Shown here: piece by piece, positions 1 to 11,173 of the stretch
Numbering within the stretch: position 1 is the stretch's first letter
Layout of the letters: each line of letters opens with the position of its first letter
Source: Scenedesmus sp. PABB004
Lineage: Eukaryota
Direction: 5' to 3'
Assembly (NCBI GenBank): GCA_014905635.1
Contig: JABVCE010000013.1
Location: forward strand, 434,001 to 498,000
DNA: 64,000 nt
Translations under genes and position numbers: made by a program
The notes under the pieces: generated by a model
The model's input: only the letters and a program-made list of their open reading frames with translations
Told to the model about the DNA's origin: nothing
The model's database searches: none

Positions 1-3000
1 GCCGCCACGGTGCGGCGCCTGGCCATGTACAAGAAGCGCGCCGTGCGCAACAAGAAGGGCAAGATCCTGCACGAGGTGCGCCCGGGACGGGCCCGGGAGA
101 CGGCGCCGCGCATGCCGGCGGCTGCGCCCGCTGCCCGGCGCGCATGCGCGGCGCGCGGCGCCCCGGCGCGCCGGTCAGAGCTCGGCCGGGGTCCGTACCG
201 TCGCACGCGGCTGGCCGCGCGCTGCGCCGCGCCGCCGGAGCCGCGCGCCGGCCGCAGCCGCCGCGCTCGCCGCTGCTCACCCGCGCCGCGCCGCGCCGCG
301 CCGCGCCGCGCCGCGCCGCGCCGCAGGACCTGCAATCCAAGGACCTCCCCACCACGCGCATCCAGCCCGACCGGCGCTGGTTTGGCAACACGCGCGTGAT
401 CGGGCAGAAGCAGCTGCAGGAGTTTCGCGACGAGATGAGCAGCAAGATCAACGACGCCTACACCGTGCTGCTGCGCGAGAAGAAGCTGCCGCTGCAGCTG
501 CTGGAGGACCCGGAGCGCAAGGTGCGCGGCGGCCGGCGCGCGGCGGCGCACGCGCTGCGCGCGCGCGCGGCGGCGCGGCGCGCCCGCCGCGCCGGCGCGC
601 CCGCCGCGCCGGCGCGCCCACGCGGCCGCGCCCGCGCCCGCGCCGCCGCCGCGCAGGTGGGCGGCAAGGCGGCGCGCGTCGACCTGCTCACGACGCAGCC
701 GTTCGCGGAGACGTTTGGCCCGGGGCGCAAGCGCAAGCGCCCGAAGCTCGCCGCCGAGGGCTACGAGGCGCTCGTCGCGTCGGCGGCGGACAAGGAGGAG
801 CGGTTTGAGACCGCGGCCAACGCCGTCGTGCCGGGCGAGTTTGGGGAGTTCAAGGACGCGGTGAGCGCCGCCCTCCCGGAGCCTTCGGCCGCCCGCGCTG
901 CCGCTGCGCCGCTGCGCTGGAGCGCGCGCACCGGCCGCCGCGCCGCGCTCACGCCCCTCGCGCCGGCATGCGTCCCCAGGCCAAGGACGCGATCTTTGAC
1001 AAGGGCCAGTCCAAGCGCATCTGGGGCGAGCTGTACAAGGTGCTGGACTCGTCCGACGTCGTCATCCAGGTGCGGCACTCGCACAGCAGCGCGGCGGCGG
1101 CGGCGGCGGCGGCGCGGCGCCGCGCCGCGCCGCGCCGCGCCGCGCCGCGCCGCGCCGCGCCGCGCCGCGCGGTGGCCGACGCGCCGCGCGCCGCCTGGCG
1201 TCACAGGTGCTGGACGCGCGCGACCCCGAGGGCACGCGCTGCCGCTTCCTGGAGACGCACATCCGCAAGAACGCGCGGCACAAGCACCTGCTGCTCCTGC
1301 TGAACAAGTGTGACCTGGTGAGCGAGCGAGCGCGCCGGCCGAGAGCTCTCCGCGCGCGCCTGCGCCCGCGTGTGTGCGCGTGTGCCGCCTTGCGCTGTGG
1401 CGGCGCGCGCTGCGGCCAGCCAGCCTCGCCAGCGGGGGGAGGTGGAGAGAGGCGGGGATGAATGACACATTGTCCGTACCATCAGAGCGCCCTCGGGCTG
1501 CTGATGAACAAACGTGGAATCTCGTTAGCCTGAGCCTCTCTCTCTCCCCCCATGCTCGTGCGCCTGGCTGCCTGCCTGCGTGTCTGCGACTGCGTGCGCG
1601 CGCGCGCGCGCGCGGCTGAGGTGATGGCAACACACAACTTAAATATACACCGAGCTCTGCACTGAGCGACACACCAACCCTGATCAGCCGCACGCGGCTG
1701 TGCTGTGTGTGCTGCGCGTGTGCTGTGGGCGTGTGTGCTGCTGTGGGCGCGCGCCTCGCGCGCACCCGCCCGCCGCGCGCGCTCACGCGCCGGCCCGCGT
1801 CCGCGCCCGCGCCCGCAGGTGCCCGCGTGGGTGACCAAGCGCTGGCTGCACACGCTCAGCCGCGAGTACCCCACGCTCGCGTTCCACGCGAGCCTCACCA
1901 ACCCCTTTGGCAAGGGCGCGCTGCTCGGCCTGCTGCGCCAGCTCGCGCGCCTGCGCAGCGACAAGCAGGCCATCAGCGTCGGCTTCATCGGCTACCCCAA
2001 CGTCGGCAAGTCGAGCGTCATCAACGCGCTGCGCACGAAAAAGGCACGGCTCCCACCGCGGCCCCCGCCGCACGGCCGCGCCGCGCCGCACGGCCGCGCC
2101 GCCGCCACCTCCCGCGGCCGCGCGGCCGCGCCGCCGCCGTCCCCCGCGCTCACGCGCCGCGCCCGCGCTCGCGTCGCAGGTGTGCAAGACCGCGCCGGTG
2201 CCGGGCGAGACCAAGGTGTGGCAGTACATCACGCTCATGAAGGTGCGGGCATGTGTGCGGGCATGTGTGCGGGCATGTGCGTGGGCGGTACGACACGTCG
2301 CACGCACGCACGCTCTACGCAGCGGCGGCCCCCGCGCGCGCCCCTCGACCGCCCTCCTCACCCTCCCACGCGCCCACGCGCCCACGCACCCACCCTCCCA
2401 CCCACGCACCCACACCCACGCGCCCACACCCGCCCACCCTCACCCCCCCCCCCCACACACACAGCGCATCTTCCTGATCGACTGCCCCGGCGTCGTCTAC
2501 CACCGCACGAGCGACGACGAGACCGACGCGGTGCTCAAGGGCGTCGTGCGCGTGGAGGGGCTCGAGGACGCGACCGGGCACGTCGCGCGCGTGCTGGAGC
2601 GCGTCAAGTCAGAGTACCTGGTGCGCCGCGCGGCTGGCGGGGCGGCGCCGGGGCGGCGCCGGGGCGGCGGGAGCGGCGCCGGGGCGCGCCGCGCGCGTGT
2701 GTGTGCGCGCGTGTGGGCGTCGCGTGTGCGGCGGCGTGACGTGCGGCGGCGCGACGCGGAGCCTATAGAGCAGGGGTCGGTGATGATGATTCAACATCAT
2801 TATAGTAGATAGAGACATCTGACTCGAGCCGTGAAGATGTTTTGTTGTGGGAATCTCACTGAGCCGCCCCTCTTCCTCTTATCCACCGCGCCGCCGGCGC
2901 CGCCATGCCGACCGTTGTGCTGCCGCGCGCGCGTGTGCGCGCTTTGTGTGTCTGGCTGCGCCCTGCCGGCGGGCGCACCGGCCCGGCGGCCCGCGCCCAC

Positions 3001-3635
3001 GCCGCCCGCCGCCGCCGCCCGCGCCGCCCGCGCCGCGCGCGCGGCGCCGCAGCGCCGCGCGTACCGCATCACGTCGTGGGCGGACCACGAGGACTTTTTG
3101 GAGCAGCTCGCGCGCGCGACCGGCAAGCTGCTCAAGGGCGGCGACCCCGACCTCAACACCGCGGCGCGCATCGTGCTCTACGACTGGCAGCGCGGCAAGA
3201 TCCCCTTTTACACGCTGCCGCCCGGCTACACCGACGCGCCGCCCGGCGCGGACGGCGCGGCGGAGCAGGCACAGGTGCAGCAGCTGCAGGCGCAGCCGCA
3301 GGCGCAGCAGGCGCAGCAGGCGCAGCAGCAGGCGCAGGAGCAGCCGGCCGCGATGTTTGCGGCCGCGGTGACCGACGACGACGCGGCGGCGGAGGCCGGC
3401 GCGCGGCCCGAGGACGCGGCCGCCGCGGCGGCGGCGCTGCGCGCGGCGGCGGCCGCCGCGCTGCGCAAGCAGCGCCACGCGGCCATCCCCACCAAGGAGG
3501 GCTACTACCTGCCCGCGGACGAGCAGGGCCAGCCGGGCGCGGAGGCGTCGGACGACGGCGGCGCGTCGGAGGACGTGCTGAGCGGCAGCAGCGACGACGA
3601 CGGCGGCGACGCGAGCAGCAGCGACGGCGCCGACG

Positions 3636-3672
<37 letters not shown>

Positions 3673-3743
3673 CGGCGCGGCCAGCGGCAGCGGCAGCGGC
3701 AGCGGCAGCGACGGCGAGGCGGGGCCGGGGCCCGGCAGCAGCA

Positions 3744-3778
<35 letters not shown>

Positions 3779-4633
3779 GGCGGCGCGCGCGCCAAGCGGC
3801 GGCGGCGCGCCGCGGCGCGCCGCGGCGGCGGCGGGAGCGGCGGCGCAGCGGCGCCGGCGGCCGCCGCTGGCGGCGCCGACAGCGGCGACGAGAGTGACGG
3901 CTACGGCGCGGCGGGGCTGTCCTGGGAGGCCGTGCTGGCGGCCGTGCAGGTGCGCGCCGGGGCGGGGCTGCCGGGGCGCGCTCGCGTGCGCGTGCGTGGT
4001 GCGCGTGCGTGTGCGTGTGCGTGTGGGTGCTCCCCCCTGCGGCCGGCGCGCCGGCAGGGATGCTCATGTCTCGTTCGTCGGATAGGCGACGTCCCACCAA
4101 GACACCAAAGCCATGCCGACAAGATTTACATCACCACCCATTGTCTGAGCCAACAGCGCGCCGCAGGCGCAGCGGGGGAGAGCGGTTGCGGTTGCGGTTG
4201 CCGTCGTGCCGTCGTGCGCGTGCGCGTGTGCCGCTGCCGCGCGGGGCGCCTGGGGTGATGAATACAGTTTACCTGTTGCCTTCCTAAGGAGCCTCGGCAA
4301 TGATTCCTTTCTACACGAGATTGCTGACCAAACGCCCCGCGCGCTGTACTGTGTCCTGTGCCGTCGCCCCCGGCGTGTGCGCCGCGCGCGCCGCGCGCGC
4401 CGCTGATCGGCCCGCCCGCCGCCCGCCTCGCAGGACGGCGGCGAGGCCGGCGCCGGCGAGCCCGACGACGACGACGCCGCGCCGCAGGCGGACGAGGCGG
4501 CGCCCGCTGCAGCGGCAGCGGCGCCCGCGCCCGCGCCCGCGCGGGCGGCGGCGGCCGGCGCGGTGCCAAGAAGCGCGGCAAGGCCGGCAAGGGCAAGGCC
4601 GGCAAGGGCGGCGGCATGACCACGATGGAGTAG
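1..4633 (+). CDS. NOG2: Nucleolar GTP-binding protein 2 (NOG2/GNL2), 5'-truncated, at least 10 exons
   Basis: Exons 1-75, 327-521, 657-860, 980-1069, 1207-1317, 1819-2043, 2180-2242, 2465-2620, 3053-3949, 4434-end. They give NGP1NT motif [47 protein letters not shown]4 LNKCDL, G1 [10 protein letters not shown]3 DCPG and [10 protein letters not shown]. In-frame stop is 4617-4619; a shifted frame gives a K/G-rich tail ending 4633. Confidence 0.95.
283..323. repeat. (CCGCG)n pentamer microsatellite in intron
   Basis: Tandem CCGCG units just before the acceptor at 326; similar arrays at ~1119-1170 and, on the minus strand, ~31599-31642. Confidence 0.85.
1445..1542 (+). ncRNA. Intronic box C/D snoRNA 1 (dual LSU rRNA guide; U30-like D guide)
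   Basis: Stem GAGAGAGGC 1445-1453 / GCCTCTCTC 1534-1542; C-like GGGATGA 1455-1461; guide TTGTCCGTACCA 1470-1481 (antisense to LSU UGGUACGGACAA) then D' CAGA 1483-1486; C' CTGATGA 1501-1507; guide GGAATCTCGTTA 1516-1527 (antisense to LSU UAACGAGAUUCC); D CTGA 1530-1533. Confidence 0.88.
1612..1691 (+). ncRNA. Intronic box C/D snoRNA 2 (SSU rRNA guide)
   Basis: 8-bp stem GCGGCTGA 1612-1619 / TCAGCCGC 1684-1691; C-like GTGATGG 1621-1627; 15-nt guide ACAACTTAAATATAC 1634-1648 antisense to 18S GUAUAUUUAAGUUGU; D' CCGA 1650-1653; D CTGA 1680-1683. Confidence 0.88.
2773..2870 (+). ncRNA. Intronic box C/D snoRNA 3 (U74/snR64-like plus U79-like dual guide)
   Basis: C GTGATGA 2780-2786; guide ATAGTAGATAGAGACA 2802-2817 (LSU UGUCCCUAUCUACUAU, 1 mismatch) then D' CTGA 2819-2822; C' GTGAAGA 2831-2837; guide GTGGGAATCTC 2847-2857 (LSU GAGAUUCCCAC); D CTGA 2859-2862; GGGG/CCCC ends. 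Confidence 0.92.
4053..4151 (+). ncRNA. Intronic box C/D snoRNA 4 (dual SSU rRNA guide, degenerate C box)
   Basis: C-like GGGATGC 4057-4063; guide GTCTCGTTCGT 4068-4078 (18S ACGAACGAGAC) then D'-like CGGA 4079-4082; guide TCACCACCCAT 4131-4141 (18S AUGGGUGGUGG); D CTGA 4145-4148; outer stem CCTGCGG 4036-4042 / CCGCAGG 4161-4167. Confidence 0.72.
4241..4340 (+). ncRNA. Intronic box C/D snoRNA 5 (snR52/U83-like SSU guide plus LSU guide)
   Basis: Stem GCGGGGCG 4241-4248 / CGCCCCGC 4333-4340; C GTGATGA 4255-4261; guide CCTGTTGCCTTCCT 4272-4285 (18S AGGAAGGCAGCAGG, one G-U) then D'-like AGGA 4287-4290; guide TTCTACACGAGATT 4309-4322 (LSU AAUCUCGUGUAGAA); D CTGA 4324-4327. Confidence 0.9.
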
Positions 4634-4931
4634 GCACGCCGGCGGCGCGTAACGGCGGCGCTGCTCCGTGTCGTTGACCGGCCCGCCCCCGCTCCTCCCG
4701 GCCCTACCCGCGCCGCATCGCGCCCCCGGCAGACCTCCCCGGCGGCCCACGCCCCGCGGCCCTTTCTTGGCGCGCGCCCGCGCAGAGCGCGAGCAGCGCG
4801 CCCGCTTTGTGCGGCAGCACGCAGCCCCCTGATCCGCACGCGCGCATCCTCGATCCATGCCCCGCGCGGCGGCGGGCAGCCCGTGATCCTGCTGGCGCGG
4901 CGGGGCCGCCGCGAGAGGTTGGCCGTTGAGG

Positions 4932-5861
4932 ATGGCTGCGCGGCTCTCGCTGAGCAAGCGGCTGCTCGTGGGGCTGCGCGTGGCGTTCTGGTGCGATGGT
5001 GGCAGCGCCCTGCCAGACGCCGCGCCGCTGCCGCCCGCAGCGCTGGGCGGCGGCGGGCCCCGCTGTCCCGCTGCCGCGCGCGCGGGCCCGCGCCGCCGCG
5101 CCGGCCGCCCGGCGCAGCCCGGCCTCACGCCCCCGCGCCGGCCGCACCCGCCGCCGCCTCCAGGAGCGAGGAGGCGGGCGAGTTCCGGGACGGCGCGATC
5201 GCCGCGTACGACGAGGCGACAGACGCGTTTGTGCTCGAGCCGCGCGACGGCGCGCCCGGCGCGCGCGCGGCGGTGCAGTTCCACCAGTTCACCGTCGAGG
5301 AGGAGCAGCGCGAGCTGGTGCTCAAGGTCACGCGCTGCCAGGCGGTCGAGCTGCCGGAGCGGTGGCGGCCGCGCGGCAGCGAAACCGACGCGGGCGCGCC
5401 GCCCGGCGGCGGCGATGGCAGCGGGGCGCCTGGTGCGCCAGGCGGCGGCGGCTGGCACGCCGGCGGGCGCGCCGCGCCGCGCCCGCTCTCGCGCGCCGGC
5501 CGCAGGCTGCCCTGCCCGCTGACCGCCCGCGCGCGCGCGCGCGCTGCGCAGACGCGCCACCGGCGGACGCCGTGCTGTCGGCGGAAGTCTCGCGGCAGCT
5601 GAGCGGCCTGGTCGGCCGCGCGTTCTCGCACACGGAGGAGGGCTTTGAGGCCGTGCTGGCCGCGCAGGCGCCGGAGCAGCAGCTGCCCCCGGGCGAGGAG
5701 TCGCTTGAGCAGCTGCTGCCGGGCGCGCAGGCGCCGAAGCAGCAGCTGCCCCCGGGCGAGGAGTCGCTTGAGCAGCTGCTGCCGGGCGCGCAGGCGCCGA
5801 AGCAGCAGCTGCCCCCGGGCGAGGAGTCGCTTGAGCAGCTGCTGCCCGGCGCGCAGGCGCC

Positions 5862-5902
<41 letters not shown>

Positions 5903-8900
5903 GGCTGCTGCTGGACAGCGAGCTGGAGGATGAGGACGAGGGCGCCAGCTTTTGGGGCAGCCCCGTCAAGGGCGATGGCGCGGCGGCAGCAGCCGCCGCG
6001 GCCGCGCTGGCCGCCGCCGCCGCCGCCGCTGCGGCGTCGCCCGGCGACGGCCCAGAGCTGCCCGCGCGCGGCGCAGCGCCGTCGGGCGCCGCCTGCGCAA
6101 GCCGCCGCCGCAGCAGCGGCAGCGGTGCGCCGCAGTGGCCGGCGGCCGCCATCCCCGTCCCCGCCGGCGGCGGCGGCGGCAGCGGCGGCGGCACGCCGAG
6201 CGCGTCGTTCACCTCGTTCCGGGAGATCTCGCGGCTCATCTCGGCCGGCGAGGCCGACGGCCCCGCCCGCGCGCGGCGCGGCAGCAAGGGCGGGCTCGCC
6301 GCGGGCCTGGCGGCGCGGCTGCTCGAGGAGAGCGGCTCGTGGGGCTCGCCGCGCGAGGGCAGCTCGTGGGGCACGCCGCGCGACCGCCAGCGCAGCGCCG
6401 GCGGCGACGGCGCCGAGCGCGACGCCAGCGCCAGCCCCGCCGCGAGCGTTGGCTCGGAGCCGCCCGAGCCGGCGCCGGCGCGGCCGGCGGGCAGCCACCT
6501 GGGCGCGTCGCTGGCGGACGCGTCTGCGGCGGCTGACGCCCTGCCGGGCGGCGCGTACGACCACCTGGATTTCACCATCGCGTCGGTGGCGGACGTGCCA
6601 CCGCCGCCACCGCCGCGGCCGGCGTCGCGCACGGGCAGCCGCGAGCTGTACCGGGTGCGCACGCGCGCACGCGCGCTGGCGCCGCCGCCGGCGGCGGCGC
6701 GCGCGGCCCTGCCCCGCGCGCACGTTGCGTGCGAGGCCTTGGCGGCCGATTGCTGCGCCCGCCGCGCGCCGCAGGTGCCGAGCTGTGAGTCGAGCGACGC
6801 GGGCATGATGGTGGACATTCCCCAGCCCCTCAGCAGCCGGCGCGTGAGCCGCACCTCCGTGCGCGCCGTCCCGGGCGCGCACGGGCCGTCGGACCCGGGC
6901 TTCGCCCCCGCCAGCAGCGGCGGCGGCGGCGGCGGCCCGCCGGGCGCCGGCGCCGAGCGGCGCAGCGCAGCGGGGCACAGCGGCGCGGGGTCGCGCCGCG
7001 TCAGCCGCGGCACCTCGAGCCGGCTCAACGCCGACCAGGACTGGGCGGTCGCGGCCGCGTCGCCGGACGTGGCGCAGCTGGGGCCGCCGGCGGCAGGGCA
7101 GCAGCTGCCGTCCCTGGGGCGCGCACTGTCCGGTGAGCACGGCTGTGAGCGGGGGGCTGCCTGGCCTGGCAGGCAGCGCCGCGGCGACGCCTGCAGCATG
7201 GGGGGCGGCTGCCCGCCATGCCTGCGCGCGCTGACGCGCTGCCGCCGCCTGCACGCGCGCGCGCGCTCCGACAGGCCGCCCCGCGCTGGGCGAGCTGGAC
7301 GAGGCGCAGCCGGACGTGCTGGCGCGCCCGCCCGGCACCGGCGGCGGCGCGGGCGACGCGCTCGCGAGCCGGCGCGTGAGCAACGCGGGCCGGCCAGGCA
7401 CGCCCGACAGCGACGGCTTTGGCTACAGCGAGTTTGAGGGCCTCGAGCCGCTCGTGCCGGTGGAGCAGGCGGGCTGGGACGCGATCGCCGAGGAGGCGGC
7501 CGCGCACGCGGCGGAGGGGGTCGTGCACGCGGCCGGCCCTGGCCACCACGCGCGCCACCAGCGCCGCAGCGTGCGCAACATGGGCGCGCCCGCGGCGCCG
7601 CCCGCCGCGCCGCACCGCGTGAGCGTCCGGCTCAGCGACCAGGGCGAGCCGACGCCGGAGCACGCCGCGGTCACGCCCGGGCGGCTCGCGGCGCCGGCGC
7701 TGGGCGGCAGCCGCGGCGGCATCGAGAGCATTCCGGAGCAGCCGCCCGCGGGCGAGCCCCTCGACGGCGAGCAGCCGGCGCCGCCCGGCGGCGAGGGGGA
7801 CAGCGACGAGGGCCCCGGCGCGCCGGGCGCGACCGAGGGCGCCGCGGGCGGCGAGCTCGGCGCCGCGCCGCCGAGCTGGGACTCGGGCGGCGCGGCCGAT
7901 GAGGCGGGCCGCCGCGGCAGCCGCAAGGGCCTGCTGCAGGCGGCCGCGGCGGTCGCAGCCGCGGCCGAGGCGGCGGCCGCCGCGGTGGGATTGACCCTGG
8001 GCGGCAGCAGGGGCGGCAGCGGCGCGGAGCAGCCGGGCGCACCGCAGCCGGGCGGCGCGGCGGCGGCGGCGGCCGACCCGGACGAGGCCACGCCGGGCGC
8101 GCTCAAGAAGCTGGCGGGCGACAGCTTCCTCTTGGGCACCGGCGACAGCTTCAGCTGCCCGCCCTTCATGCTCAGCGGCGGCAGCGCAAAGGGCTCGCTC
8201 AACCCGTTTGCCTCGGACGGCGGCGCCGCGCCCGCCAGCGTCGCGGCGTTCCACATCGGCACCGCAGTCGCGCCGCCGCTTGAGGGCGAGCTCGGCGCCG
8301 GCGTGGCGGCGCTGCTGCGCAAGCAGGCGCTGCTGCCGCCGGCCGCTTCGGCCGACGGCAGCGAGTGGGGCAGCGGCGCGCTGCTCGGCGCGCACCCGAC
8401 GTCCGGCATCGACTCACCCACGGGCTCGGCGGTGTTCCGGGCGAGCCCCTTTGACGCGGCCAGCGACAGCGGCAGCGCCGGCCCGGCGGCGAGCCGGGCG
8501 AGCCGCTCTCCACCGGCACGAGCCGGCCGGCCGGCCCCGGCGCGAGCCGCCTGGCGCGCGAGGCCGGCGCGACGCTGCCGTTTGCGGGGCTCGCCGGCGC
8601 GGGCGGCTGGAAGGCCGCCGGCAGCGTGAGCATTCACGAGATCCAGCCCGCCGACGGCGACGACAGCGACGGCGAGCGCATTGGCAGCTACCGCGCCGCC
8701 GGCGAGGAGGAGCGGCAGCGGCCGCGCGGCGCGGCGCCCGGGACGGCCCCACGCGCGCCGGCGCGGGCAGCAGCGGCGGCGGCGCCAGCGCGTGGCCGCC
8801 GCCGCCGTCGTACGCCGAGTCGGTGGGCGGGGGAGCGGAGGCGGACGACGAGGGGAGCAGCAGCAGCGACAGCGGCAGCGGCGGCGGCGTGCGCGGCGGC

Positions 8901-10205
8901 GTGCGGCACGGCGCCGAGCTCGCGCCCGGCGCGCCCGGAGCCGGCGCGCCGCCGTCCGCCCGCGCCAGCGCGGGGGGCGACGCCGGCGCGGCCGGCCTCG
9001 GCGCCACGGGCCTGCGCTCGCGTGCAGCGTCGCGCACGCCCAGCCAGGCGCTGCCGGGCGGCCTCGTGGAGCTGCCCGGCCCGGAGGGCGGCTTTGGCTA
9101 CCTCGCACCAGCGGACGACGACGACCGCGCGCCCCTGGTGCCGCACCAGCAGCGCGGCGCCGCGGCGAGCTTCGCCGTAGCCCAGGTCCGGCGCGCGCGC
9201 CCCTCGCCGCCCGCGCGCGCGCGCGCGCGCGCTCAGACGCGCGCCGCCGCGCCGCCGCACCCGCAGGCGCCGGCTGCGGCGGGGCGTGGCCGCGCCGCCG
9301 CGCTCGCTGCGCACGCGCTGCTGGCCGCCGGCGCGGCGTCGTTCGACCAGTTTGTCCTGGTCGTGCTCGGCGCCCAGCTCACGGCCGCCATGGCCCCGCC
9401 GGGCCTGTCGCCGCTGGGCCGCCTCTCGCTGCTGTTCGCCATCTTTGCCGCGGGGCACGCACTGTGGCCGCTCGGCGCGGCGCTGTGGCCCCGGGTCGCC
9501 GGCCGGTTTGGGCGGCGCGCGGCGCTCGCGTCGGCGGCGGGCGTGTCGGGCTTTGCCACCGCGCTGCTGGGATGCATGCCTGCATTCTCAGAGGTGCGCG
9601 GGGCGCGAGCGCAGCCCGCCAGCTGCGCGCGCGGCCGCCGCACACAGCGCGCCCCCCTGGGCGGCAGCGCGCCGCCGCCGGCGCTCACCTGCGCCCGTCC
9701 CCGCCGGCGCCCTGCGCCCTTTCTCCCCCCGCGCCGCGCAGCACGGCGCCGCCGGCCTGGCGGTGGTCGCCGCGCTGCGCGTGCTGGGCGGCGTGGCGCT
9801 GACCGGCGATGCGCCCGCGGCGCTGGCGCGCCTCGCGGACGCCGCCGCGCACGACGCGCCGCGCCTCGCGGCGAGCCTGGTGCCGTGCGGCGCCGCCGCC
9901 GGCGCGCTGGGCGCGGCGCTCATGGGCTTTTTCTCCGCAGCGCTGCTCACGCCGCACAGCCTGGGCGTGTTTGGGTGGCGCCTCGCGCTGCTGAGCAGCC
10001 TGCTCGTCAACGGCGTGAGCGCCGGGCTGCGCGCGTTTGTGCTGCGGGACGCCGACGGGCCCGGCGCGGCCGCGGCGGAGCTGGCGGACCGGCGCGGCGC
10101 GCAGCTGTGGTGCGCGCGCTGGCCTGCGCACGCGCGCGCTGGAGGGGCGTGGGGCCGTGCGTGGCTGGGGCAGCAGGCCGCCCGCGGCAGTCCGTGGTCC
10201 CTGAC

Positions 10206-10239
<34 letters not shown>

Positions 10240-10925
10240 AGGCCCCGCGGCCGCGAGGTGCTGCTCGCGTTTGCGCTGCAGGCCTTTGCCGCCAGCGGCC
10301 TCGGCCTCCTGTGCGGCTGGCTGCCGGCGTCGCTCGTCGCGCTGAGCGGCCTCGCGCCGCGCGCGGCGCTCGCGCTGCACGCCGCCAACGTCGCGGTCCT
10401 CGCCGGCGCCGCACCGCTCGGGGGCTTCCTGGCGGACCGCCACGGCGCGACGCCGGTGCTGCTGGCCACCGCGGCGGCAGCCGCCGCGTTCAGCTACCCC
10501 GCCTGGCTCGCGATCGGCCTGGGCGCCCCCGCGGCCGCGTGGTTTGGCGAGCTCGTCCTCGCCACCTTCCTGGGCCTGCACTGGGGCGCGCTCGCGGGCG
10601 CGCTGCCAGGGATCTTTGCCGACAGAGCGGTGCGCCGGCGGCGCCCACGCGCGGGCGCCCTCGGGGGCCGCGGCGCCGCGCGGCGCCGCCGCCGCCGCCG
10701 CGCGCCGGGGCGCCGCCCCACGCCGCCGCCGCGCGCGCGCGCCCGCAGGTGCGCGCGTCCGGCGTGACCGCTGCGTTTGTGCCGGCGATGGCGCTCCTGG
10801 GCGGCCTCGCCCCGCTCGCCGCGGCGGGCCTCGTGTCGCGCACCGGCGACCTCGCCTCGCCGGCGGCCATCACGGCAATCACGGCGGCCGTCAGCGGCGC
10901 GGCGGCGCTCGCCGCAGCGCGCTGA
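4932..10925 (+). CDS. Large protein: N-terminal Tudor-like segment, long disordered region, C-terminal MFS (metabolite:H+ symporter-like) transporter
   Basis: ATG 4932; spliced LVGLRVAFW|SEEAGEFRDGAIAAYDEATDAF. The MFS part (~9267-10925) has FDQFV, AGRFGRRAAL, LRVLGGVALTGD, GWRLALL, GFLADRHG and IFADRA|VRASG. Continuity needs a GC donor near 8497 and a frame change near 8720-8745, so it may be two genes. Confidence 0.6.
5662..5862 (+). repeat. 63-bp coding tandem repeat x3 (AQAP[E/K]QQLPPGEESLEQLLPG) followed by poly-Q
   Basis: Three near-identical 21-codon units plus a partial fourth, then (CAG)n. Confidence 0.92.
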
Positions 10926-11173
10926 GCGCGGCCGCTTGGCGCCGCTGCGATGCGGCGCCCATGTCTCTCCCTCCCCCCAGTCTCCATCTCCCTCTCTCTC
11001 TCTGTCTCTCTGCCTGTCTCGCTCGGGGCTTGATCGTGCACTGCGCTTTGCTGGTTAGGCGATGGCTGGCGCTGCGTCGCGACGCGCGGGCGTGTTTTGC
11101 TGCGCGAGGAGCGCGCGTGTTCAGATTGGCGCCGCGGGGAGAGATTTAAGAGACCGCGCCCCGCTCACGGCGC

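Noticed and set aside
2243..2282. (GTGCGGGCATGT)x3 duplicating a splice donor
   Set aside because: Slippage repeat; conserved YITLMK|RIFLID requires the first donor.
5863..5900. (CAG)n tracts here and at ~3641-3669 and ~62710-62755
   Set aside because: Ordinary coding homopeptide repeats, common in such genomes.
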